From: a virus
IMG/VR virus record: IMGVR_UViG_3300027498_000003
Location: 1 to 60,636 of that record
Length of the DNA: 60,636 bases
Direction: 5' to 3' (one strand)
In this document: positions 21,417-30,172 of the stretch, one piece after another
How positions within the stretch are numbered: position 1 is the first letter of the stretch
How the letters are laid out: every line of letters begins with the position of its first letter
The notes under the pieces: model-generated
Told to the model about the DNA's origin: nothing
Database searches by the model: none
Seen by the model: the letters and a program-made list of their open reading frames with translations, nothing else
Position numbers and translations under genes: made by a program

Positions 21417-21683
21417 ATGAAAACTAAGCAAGAAATAAAGGAAGATTTATGGTCAGATGCAGAATTAGAGTCTGATGGATGGCAATCAAGAATGGAATAT
21501 AATGAGTTTATGCTAACTCTTGATAAATACGAAAAGGCTCTAAAAAATATGGAGTCATCATCACGTATTATAGACCGAAGGGAACTGTTAGAGGCTTTCA
21601 AAAAGTATAGTAACGAAGCTGATAATGTTTTACACATAGGGGATGATGACATTGAAAAATTCTTAGCCTCTAATAGTCTATAA
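21417..21683 (+). CDS. Cassette hypothetical protein
   Basis: Crosses ATTATAGAC (21567), stops at the TAA of GTCTATAAT. Confidence 0.7.
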   Translation: MKTKQEIKEDLWSDAELESDGWQSRMEYNEFMLTLDKYEKALKNMESSSRIIDRRELLEAFKKYSNEADNVLHIGDDDIEKFLASNSL

Positions 21684-21763
21684 TGTACAGTACATATCGA
21701 GAGTATATTTTTTTGAGTTGCGGAGCTGAACACGTTTAAATAGAAAAAAATTAAATCTTAAAT

Positions 21764-22048
21764 ATGAAAAAGATATTCAAATATGAAATGTCAATCAAGG
21801 AGAAGCAATCAATACAATTACCTATCGGTGCTGATATAATCAGAGTTGATGATGTAGACGGTAGATTCTTTCTATGGGCTATAGTGGCTCCACAAGAAGA
21901 GCCTGAGACTGAAACGAGATACTTAGAGTTCTATAAAACTGGACAAGAAATATTAACTAACACCGAAGATCTAAAGTATATCGGATTCTGCAAACTATTC
22001 ATTATGCAAGAACTCGGATTATATGTCTTTGAAAATATATCTAAATGA
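21764..22048 (+). CDS. Conserved small phage protein
   Basis: KIFKY..QLP.GA.I..LWAIV..TG..YIG..LYVFE pattern. Confidence 0.7.
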   Translation: MKKIFKYEMSIKEKQSIQLPIGADIIRVDDVDGRFFLWAIVAPQEEPETETRYLEFYKTGQEILTNTEDLKYIGFCKLFIMQELGLYVFENISK

Positions 22049-22689
22049 GATACGGAGAATTACCAAAAGACTTAGGATTAGAAAAAGTCAATCCTACTGA
22101 GATGTTTTTCTATCAGTACTTACCAATAAAGCTAAGTGGACAAACTGAGCCTGTGATAGAAAAGCGACTTATGTGCTTGTCTGAACTGATAGGGAATATA
22201 AACTGCCAATTCGTAGCTGAGTATGGGTTAGAAAACTTTGTTAAGCATAATACCTATGTGACAGCAAAACATCAATTCCAAACTCCAGGATGTAGCTTTA
22301 ACAGAAAAGGCTATCACTCTGATGGATTCCTAACAGACGATATAAACTACGTATGGAGTAATAAGCAACCGACTGTATTCAATAGCGGAAAATTCGAATT
22401 AACATTAGACGACTCTATATCTCTAAGTGAGATGCAGGAGCAAGCTGAAAAGGAAAACGAAGTAACTTACCCTAACGGAACTCTACTGAGGCTAAACCAA
22501 TACAACATCCATAAAGTCGGTGAATGCAAAGAAGTAGGATTAAGATTGTTCGTGAAAGTATCCTTCTCTTTAGACAAATATGACCTATTGGGAAACAGTA
22601 AGAACTATCTATTAGATTACGACTGGGATATGCAACAAAGAAAGAATAAAAGAAATATCCCACAATCTAATATCTTAATTAGCTCATAG
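22045..22689 (+). CDS. Putative 2OG-Fe(II) oxygenase-fold protein
   Basis: NRKGYHSDGF (HxD), distal IHKV (His), RLFVKVSFS (Arg). Confidence 0.55.
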   Translation: MRYGELPKDLGLEKVNPTEMFFYQYLPIKLSGQTEPVIEKRLMCLSELIGNINCQFVAEYGLENFVKHNTYVTAKHQFQTPGCSFNRKGYHSDGFLTDDINYVWSNKQPTVFNSGKFELTLDDSISLSEMQEQAEKENEVTYPNGTLLRLNQYNIHKVGECKEVGLRLFVKVSFSLDKYDLLGNSKNYLLDYDWDMQQRKNKRNIPQSNILISS

Positions 22690-22743
22690 AGCTGAAAGTG
22701 GCGGTGTCAAAAAATAATATTGTGCATAACATCCTTTCTTCGC

Positions 22744-22751
22744 TATCTTTG
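22744..22751 (+). promoter_or_regulatory. Bacteroidota -7 promoter box
   Basis: TATCTTTG matches TAnnTTTG, 5 nt before ATG 22757. Confidence 0.45.
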
Positions 22752-22756
22752 TCTGC

Positions 22757-23323
22757 ATGAAAACATTATTTATATTACTATTTCCTATTTTACTTTCATC
22801 TCAGATAATAGAGGTAGATGACCAGCCTATAGATATGTGGGATGAGTACCATTTAATCATATCTCCGAGGGTTACTACTGATCAGTTTGTTTCCAAGTCG
22901 CCGGACGTGGAGGTAAGTTACATAGATATACAGCTCATAGCTGTCATATCTTTTCTATCATCGTATTATGATTCTGATATCTACATAACATCTGCTGGGA
23001 GATCGGCCTCAAATAACCCTGGATCCAGCAAATCACAACACATATACTGGAGAGCAGTTGACTTCAGGATTGCTAACAAAAAGGCTGCAGCTGACTTTAG
23101 AAAACAAATAACTAACAAAGAGGGGGAGGTATTTGAAAGCCTATTGTATATGGGAATAAAGGGATTCGGCGTTTATTCTCAAGGATTCTTCCATATAGAT
23201 ACCCGTATTTTCGCAGAAATGTTTACATTTAACTCAGATTACGGGCCTATGAACTACAATTACTGGACAACATTCTCTTCTAACTATGTTAATTATAATA
23301 ATTCCCCTATATGCACGCATTAA
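22757..23323 (+). CDS. Secreted peptidase M15A-like (Hedgehog/DD-peptidase fold) cell-wall hydrolase
   Basis: Signal peptide ..LLSS/Q; ITSAGRS, SQHIYWRAVD, GFGVY..FFHIDTR. Confidence 0.8.
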   Translation: MKTLFILLFPILLSSQIIEVDDQPIDMWDEYHLIISPRVTTDQFVSKSPDVEVSYIDIQLIAVISFLSSYYDSDIYITSAGRSASNNPGSSKSQHIYWRAVDFRIANKKAAADFRKQITNKEGEVFESLLYMGIKGFGVYSQGFFHIDTRIFAEMFTFNSDYGPMNYNYWTTFSSNYVNYNNSPICTH

Positions 23324-23343
23324 CTTCTACAAAAAATTATATT

Positions 23344-24348
23344 ATGAATCGAATTAAATACTTATATCTAATAGGACTTGTGTTCCTATTTTCTCAATGC
23401 AAAGTTCTTAAGCCTCCCGCGCCTACGTCTCAGCAAGAAGTAGTTACTGCCTATGGCATGTCTCTTGATACTGAGTACGATGTTATGATCACCCCTGAGT
23501 ATCTTATAGATAAAGGTTATGTAGATCAAGAGGATCGCGGCGCTTTATACCTTGCGCAGCGGCAGTGGAGATGGCCTGTAGACAAAACAATCTATATAAG
23601 ACTCAACAACCCGCCTCCGGGCAGGAAGCAGGAGATACGAGAGGTATGCGACCTGTATGAAGCCAAAGCTAACCACAGGATCAAAATAGTACTAGACCCG
23701 CCTGTGGGAGTGCAGGAGCAGCACAGGTGGTCATTCGTACCAGGATCTGCTTGGATGATAATGGGCTCAGTAGTAGAGGTCCTGAACGACAAGACCCGAC
23801 CTACTGGCAATATAGGATTTACAGGGAAGAAGGTATTGTGGCACGAAATAGGCCATATGTTTAACTTAGGCCACTCTCATCAGTGTGGATGTATACCATG
23901 GAATAAGTCATTCATATACGCATATATGGCCGCTCGGGGGTGGAGCCAGGCGCAAATCAACTCTCAGATAATATTCCCAGCCAATCCTGATCTATTCGAA
24001 ATAGAAGGATACTATGAGAACGATTTCATGGGATATGACTATCCTCCCAGCTGGCGAACAGACGGTGTATCCGCATTTGGGCAATTGATATTCTTGCCCA
24101 GTCATGATAAGTATTTCAATAAATACTATCCTCCCAAGGCCACGCCGCCCATAATAGTTACTCCTCCTGACAATGAGAAAGATAATATAATAGCTCAGCT
24201 AAGAGTTGAATTAGATAAATGTAAAGTAAATCTAAAGAAAAAGCAGGAAGTGATCTCCAGAGTAATAAACTCATGGCTATCTGATACAGTACCAGACTTC
24301 ATCGATGTATTCAATGAAGAGTTCTTTAGCCAAATACAACGACCTTAG
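23344..24348 (+). CDS. Metzincin (astacin/M12A-like) zinc metalloprotease, probable lipoprotein
   Basis: LVFLFSQC lipobox-like; HEIGHMFNLGHSH; Met-turn DFMGY. Confidence 0.8.
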   Translation: MNRIKYLYLIGLVFLFSQCKVLKPPAPTSQQEVVTAYGMSLDTEYDVMITPEYLIDKGYVDQEDRGALYLAQRQWRWPVDKTIYIRLNNPPPGRKQEIREVCDLYEAKANHRIKIVLDPPVGVQEQHRWSFVPGSAWMIMGSVVEVLNDKTRPTGNIGFTGKKVLWHEIGHMFNLGHSHQCGCIPWNKSFIYAYMAARGWSQAQINSQIIFPANPDLFEIEGYYENDFMGYDYPPSWRTDGVSAFGQLIFLPSHDKYFNKYYPPKATPPIIVTPPDNEKDNIIAQLRVELDKCKVNLKKKQEVISRVINSWLSDTVPDFIDVFNEEFFSQIQRP

Positions 24349-24381
24349 GCATAGATTCAATTTGTTATATTTTTTCATATT

Positions 24382-24416
24382 GCAGCTGGTCCGTAAAAAT
24401 ATCAGCTGCTTTTTTT
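24382..24416 (+). terminator. Rho-independent terminator
   Basis: GCAGCTGGT-ccgtaaaaat-ATCAGCTGC followed by T7. Confidence 0.7.
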
Positions 24417-24453
24417 ATTCTAACATAAAACCATTACACACATAACTACGCAC

Positions 24454-25716
24454 ATGAATATATACGCACAAGAGGGATTTAAAGTTAAAGTCACCACACT
24501 GAAAGGTGGATATGACCCGGATCAAAAGCTGGCAGAAAAGCATCTTGAAGTTGGCAAAGAGTATACAATAGATAGCACAAGTGTATCTGGATGGCACACA
24601 AATGTAAAACTAAAAGAGATACCAAATATAACTTTCAATAGTGTATTTTTTGAAGATGTAGAAAGTCAAATTAATGACGACCAAAGTCACCCTGATTATT
24701 TAAAATATAACCGTTAATAACTATGAAAACAATAATACTATTATTATTTACCCTGAACATAGGGTATTCTCAGACAGATACAGACGTAGCATTCATGCTG
24801 TTTAACCAGCAGAACCTATCTGTAGATCAATTAACCCAAGCTATAGAGGGGGATCCCGCCAACGATATGCTTTATACAGATTTAGCTGTATATAGTATTC
24901 AGTATGGGATAACAGATCAGCACTTCATCGGGGGATTACTTAGAAGGATCAATACTCATAACATAGAAGACGGCTTCACGGCGCTTCTGGATCTATTTGC
25001 TACGAACAAACGTATTAGAATAGATGATGTTTACAGGAGCTTAGGTAAGGCAGAATTCCTAAATATGATGGAGATCGCCGCGATCAATAAGACATCCTCA
25101 ACAGCATCTCAACAAGAACTATTAGAACTCATTAATAAATTAAGAAATCAATAAATTATACACATGAATACATACAAACTTAGGTACGAGTCAACCCATG
25201 ATGTTATTCAATTTTTACTACTGGCTACAGGCATGGCGCCTGTGTATTACGTAGATGATCCTGATTACCAAAGCGGAGATGAGTTAACTTTCCGGACAGC
25301 CATATCTTTGCATATACTCTTAGATTTGACGAAAAAAGTCCCTGATGGGCATTGCATGACGTACACATTAGCTCTTATAGAAGATTATACAGGAGATGAA
25401 ATAATTAGAAAATAAATTGCATATGAAAAGAAGAAAATTCATAACCATACCCTTCGTCGCGTCATTAGCTGCTTTACTCGGTATAAACAAAATCAAGGAA
25501 GATGAGAGTCTTCCATATATACAGGACAAAGGGCGTATGCTTAGGCACGAACACCCTGCATTACCTATGGAGCTATTACCAGGAGGAGATAGCATATCAT
25601 ACGAGGCAGAGCGTAAGTATATGATAGGCTGTGATCCCTATCATCCTAATGTGCAGAGTACTCAGATTTGGAAGATAGATAAAGAGGGAAATTATAAACT
25701 TATTAAATCCACATAA
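24454..25716 (+). other. Hypothetical genes (24454-24717; 24723-25154 secreted; 25164-25415; 25417-25716)
   Basis: 24723 has signal peptide MKTIILLLFTLNIGYS/Q; 25417 begins with RRKF plus a hydrophobic stretch (Tat-like). Confidence 0.65.
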
Positions 25717-25717
25717 T

Positions 25718-26029
25718 ATGGAAAATACTATAACAACCAAAGAGCCTATAATTGATTATGTTAAGCTTAGGAAAGCTGCCTCAGTCTTACATGCTGTAAA
25801 CCACAAACTAAGACAACGTGTGATTGATATGTTACAAGAGTATGAGCACATGACCGTCACTGATATCTACATTAAGTTAAGATTAGACCAGTCTGTTGCT
25901 TCATTCCACTTAGGCCTACTAAAAAGAGCTGGCGTGGTGTCAACAGAACGACAAGGTAAATTTATCTATTACTCACTTGTTAGAGATAGGTTGAGAGAGA
26001 TTAACAAGGCTGTTAAAATACTTAAGTGA
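25718..26029 (+). CDS. ArsR/SmtB-family winged-helix transcriptional regulator
   Basis: LHAVNHKLRQRVIDML, MTVTDIY, QSVASFHLGLLKRAGVV..ERQGKFIYYSL. Confidence 0.9.
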   Translation: MENTITTKEPIIDYVKLRKAASVLHAVNHKLRQRVIDMLQEYEHMTVTDIYIKLRLDQSVASFHLGLLKRAGVVSTERQGKFIYYSLVRDRLREINKAVKILK

Positions 26030-26036
26030 AAATACA

Positions 26037-27805
26037 ATGACAAATAGATATTGGACAAACATAATCTTATTAACAATAATAGCATCGATCTACTTATGGG
26101 GGATATTTGGGTGCTTAATAATGAAAGCAAATATTATGGATATAAATAAACAATCTATTAAAGAGCTAGGATGGGAACAAGTACCAAACAGTTCCGTATT
26201 CATAATACACAAACCTATACCTCGTAATATGATGGATGGATATGAGTATGATTACTATTTAGAGATGCTTCCTTTTGGGATAAGGATAGAGGAATATGAA
26301 TCTGGAGGATTCGCGGGAGATACAAATAATACTGTGATATTCGAGGGATCCCCAAAGACTTTACCTAATTTAGAGATGTTGATGGGATGGCTTAATATTC
26401 CTATAAAAGATAAATAACAATGATTAAACTTAAAGTAAAAGTAACTAAAGAGATTCTAAAAGAATCAATGATGTGCGGACATGATTGGTATGAAGGTGTA
26501 TCATCTAATTGTGCTGTAGCATTGGCTATTAGGGAAATATTTCCAAAAGTAAGAGTAGCTCGTCGTTACTTCAGACTATCCCCTAGAGTATCCTCACAAC
26601 ATGATGGTAGGGATTTTATAAACCAATTCGATGCCTTAAGAGGTACTCCCGAGAAGAGATTAGAACTACCAGAAACAGTAGTTACATTAGATATAACAGA
26701 TGAAATAATAGATCATCTATCTACTATGATACCTAACTACGAAGAAGTAGTTAATGCTCAGCCTCATTTAGAATTAGTAACAGTATAATATTATGGGATT
26801 ATCAGATTGTATCGAGTGTTGGGACACCCCTTGCACTTGCGGCCTTGGTTATCAGCATTTATCTGATAAGGATATGGCTAAGTTTATAGCGGGTATCCTG
26901 GGCAAAAGGCCCACAGATAATGCTGTTTATATATTGCTTGACGCTAAAGGGTATGTAATATAATGGCCAGTAGATTCACACAAAGCATTCACAAAACTAT
27001 ATGTAAATTGGAGAAAAAACACTGGGCAGATATTCAGGATAATCTTATCGCCGACAAGACAGAGCAGCTTATGCTTAAAAACATGGAACGTATAGCTCGT
27101 ATTGATTCTCAGGGGTTTCAAGTCGCTACTATATCTAATGGAGAAGTGATAGATATGAAGATTTTAGATGTAAATGGAGTAGAACACAAGGTAGATGACA
27201 CAGATTGTCCCGATAATTTAGTGTGTGCTAACGGTCAATGCGTAGAGAAAGCTAAGGAGACCCCGAATTACATAGGAAGGAGATACAAGAAAGGGCACCT
27301 GACTGTTCAAGTAAGCAATCACGAAGAGGGTAAGTTTACCATGGTTATTACCCAGGATAGCAGTGATTACTATGGTCGGCGTATTGGGCATGCCATTATT
27401 ATATCTGAAAGTAGTTTGAAGGATTGGGAAGAGGTAAAATATGGGCAATGTATGAAGGCTAAACATGCAGAACCTGCTTTTGAGTTCGATAGTAGGAGAT
27501 GGGCGGAGGTCGTTCCTGAGCCTATCAATAAACTATCTATAATGTTTGAGGTAGGAGAAGTTTGGTATGATAGAGGTGCTGACAAACTTATGGTCTACAA
27601 AGGTATTGCCTCTAAAGATATACTTAAATTTGTCGTAATGCATTGCCTCAGTTCTATCTCGTTCCATAATGACAGAGCTAAGACTTTCACATATGTAGCC
27701 TCCTCTATGGAAGAGTACCGTAAACCTATATCTAAATCTTGGCTAACCAAGATCAAAGATTACATCTACAACCTTTTCCATATGGAAGAATCAGAATATG
27801 TATAA
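26037..27805 (+). other. Hypothetical genes (26037-26417, 26420-26788, 26963-27805)
   Basis: Packed ORFs; 26420 has the SNCAVALAI pattern seen in small phage proteins. Confidence 0.65.
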
Positions 27806-27866
27806 AAAATGCCCCGACCAAACCAATCTCGTAGAAAAGCCGGGGACTTAAGGGGTGGGATACTCT

Positions 27867-28742
27867 TTAATACTGATAGTTTGGATTATATCTTGTCAGC
27901 TTCAATGGCCAGTTAACCTCACCATTCTTTCTTATAATAGCCAATTGATCTTCTGTAAAGCATACCATACAGTCGGGGTGGCTGTATCCTGCATAGTTCT
28001 TTATGTATATTTTACGCTCTGCTTTACTTAAAGTGTCACCAACCCCTGGTAAGTACTTGCACCCTGGCATTACTGTACCGTGCCCAGCTCCCGGCACAGG
28101 CGTATCTGGAGCCCAGTCACCGGTATAACAGCCGTTTCCTGATATAGAACCCCTTCTGCTATCGAAAGGGTGTGCAACGCCGAATAAATGGGCCATCTCG
28201 TGGACCAGGATGTTACTCTCAACTTCAGATAAACGTATAATTATTATAGTCCTGTTCTCTGAGGGATTATCTATCTCAGGTATATCACCCGCGATACCCT
28301 TAACACTCCCTGGCTCTCTTTCAATAGATAAGAATGTATCGTCAGGGATAACTACGATATCAATAGCTTCAAAGCTATTGTATGTTCTAAAAATCTCTAT
28401 ATGATCGGTGAAGTTATCAGGGCCTAAAGTTAAATCCAGGTGAGTCCGGGTGCTGTTTGTATTTTTAAATACTATAGGAGCCTTGGAAAACCCTTTGTTA
28501 AGGGTAGCTATAGCTTGTTTTTCTGAGAATTTGGGGGGTAACGGCGTATTAGTTAGGTTAGTAAATCTAATCGCCTGAGTTAAGGTGTCCTGCGACATAT
28601 ACAAACTCTCATCTTCTAACACATTTACCTCACAAGTATATACGAATACTTGCTCATTTTTTCTTATCTTCACTTTCTGCGTAAAGCAAGAGCTTAGCGC
28701 AACGCTTAGAAATAAGATTATAAAAAAACGGGACATAATCAT
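27867..28742 (-). CDS. Peptidase M43 (pappalysin/ulilysin-like) lipoprotein
   Basis: LSVALSSC lipobox; HEMAHLFGVAHPF; GD..PDTP; NYAGYS..CMVCFTEDQ. Confidence 0.8.
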   Translation of the reverse strand: MIMSRFFIILFLSVALSSCFTQKVKIRKNEQVFVYTCEVNVLEDESLYMSQDTLTQAIRFTNLTNTPLPPKFSEKQAIATLNKGFSKAPIVFKNTNSTRTHLDLTLGPDNFTDHIEIFRTYNSFEAIDIVVIPDDTFLSIEREPGSVKGIAGDIPEIDNPSENRTIIIIRLSEVESNILVHEMAHLFGVAHPFDSRRGSISGNGCYTGDWAPDTPVPGAGHGTVMPGCKYLPGVGDTLSKAERKIYIKNYAGYSHPDCMVCFTEDQLAIIRKNGEVNWPLKLTRYNPNYQY

Positions 28743-28813
28743 CTAAATTTTTAAACACATTCAGATGCTACTTACATGTAAATGAACGTACAATCATAAT
28801 AATTAGTTAGCAT

Positions 28814-30037
28814 ATGCCGGAATATTTGTACTATAAAACAATAAAAAAGCCTAGATACGGCGAGCACCGGAAACATATATCCGAGGATGGGGTAAGAACA
28901 CTATGCTATTCGTGGATAGAAGGTAGGCACCAACCGTCTCCCCCCTCTGACGGTTTGAGTATGTGCAAGATATGCACAGCAGCAAGAGACAAAGTACCTT
29001 ATACACCTAAGCCTAAGAAGATTATCTTAGGCAATCTCCTGATAAAATCTGGAGCTTTCGCAGGGTGTAAACTTTCTGAAGTGCCTAAATACTATATATC
29101 AAGGTATGTAGAAGCAGTGATCAGCGGGGATACACACCCTTTTTTAGGTATAGAAACAACTATAGTAGAAGAATATTTAAAATCAAAAAACATTATAACA
29201 GATGAGTAAACATACCTACGACAAGAAAATGGAAGCAAGAATAGCCAACAAGACTAAGAAGAAAGCTAACAAAGCTAAGGCAAGTGCAGGGCGTAATAAA
29301 GGAAAATCAAAAAACTAAATAAATGGATACTAAATACAAAGACTTTTGCGATAACTACAAAGAGAAATTAGTACTCGATGAAGACATTGCAACTAATGAG
29401 ATAGCCCTGTTTAGAGACTATAGGCATCGAGTACATTTCGAACTACATATGACAAGAAGGTCACCCACGCAACTAATGAGTTTGGAAAATCCAACCCAGC
29501 GAATGTTTACTCTCGATGATGAAGACATCCAATACTTATACAACAAGTACTCTAAGAAAATTCAAGCAGAAAGAGATGCTAATATCGCAGAATTAAAAAC
29601 CAAATATGAAGAAACGTTGGGAAGAAGTTAATGTAGATATTGATTTTAGCAAACATGAACCTACATCAGTGCGCGGCTCATTACATATCTATGAAGAGAT
29701 TTACGAGATTGACGGTAATGTGTATCGTAAGCGATGCGCCGTAGATAATGGAAGCGAGCCAGAAGTAGAAATTCAGTTGCCTTATTCATAAAAAACTAAA
29801 ATTATTAAATTGAAATTAATCAAAGTAAACAACCACTATGAGGATAGCGGAGGAATTAAGTATAAGAAGATAACTGCTATCTTTAAGGTTAACAAGGACG
29901 GCTCTGAAGAGAGACAATATGGAAGCCTAACACTAAACGAGGAGGGCGTTGAATCAGCATGGCTTGACCTTAAAGACTTCGCAGAACGGAATAATCGGCT
30001 ATTATACTATGATCCTAAATCAACCGACAAAATATGA
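28814..30037 (+). other. Hypothetical genes (28814-29209, 29323-29631, 29606-29791, 29810-30037)
   Basis: 28814 has a Zn-finger-like H..C..CKIC plus G.F.G..L.EVP.YY motif. Confidence 0.6.
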
Positions 30038-30172
30038 AATTCATAAAAGAAACAAACTATAGCTCACTTAAAAAAGATGATATTATAATAATATTTAACG
30101 ATATTGAAGAGGTTATTTCCTATTTAAAGGATCAGATCAGTAACTTAAAACGGCACTATAAGTACGCTTAAT

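Larger units (their letters stand above)
13842..22730. mobile_element. Integron-like cassette array of about 23 units with attC-like hairpins (AAT/ATT core)
   Basis: TAA^T junctions (last A) at 13862, 14167, 14200, 14483, 14837, 15159, 15533, 15879, 16266, 16604, 16955, 17257, 17732, 18064, 18396, 18686, 19049, 19420, 19729, 20114, 20531, 20927, 21363, 21683. Most are followed by a 15-25 nt arm that pairs with a later arm ending in ATTA. Confidence 0.8.

Noticed and set aside
13842-22730. CRISPR array interpretation of the repeats
   Set aside because: Repeats conserve structure rather than sequence, spacing is irregular (about 30-1000 bp), units contain genes, and no cas genes are present.
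13842-22730. Hairpins as ordinary intrinsic terminators
   Set aside because: No U-tracts, arms are up to about 450 nt apart, and ORFs read through them.
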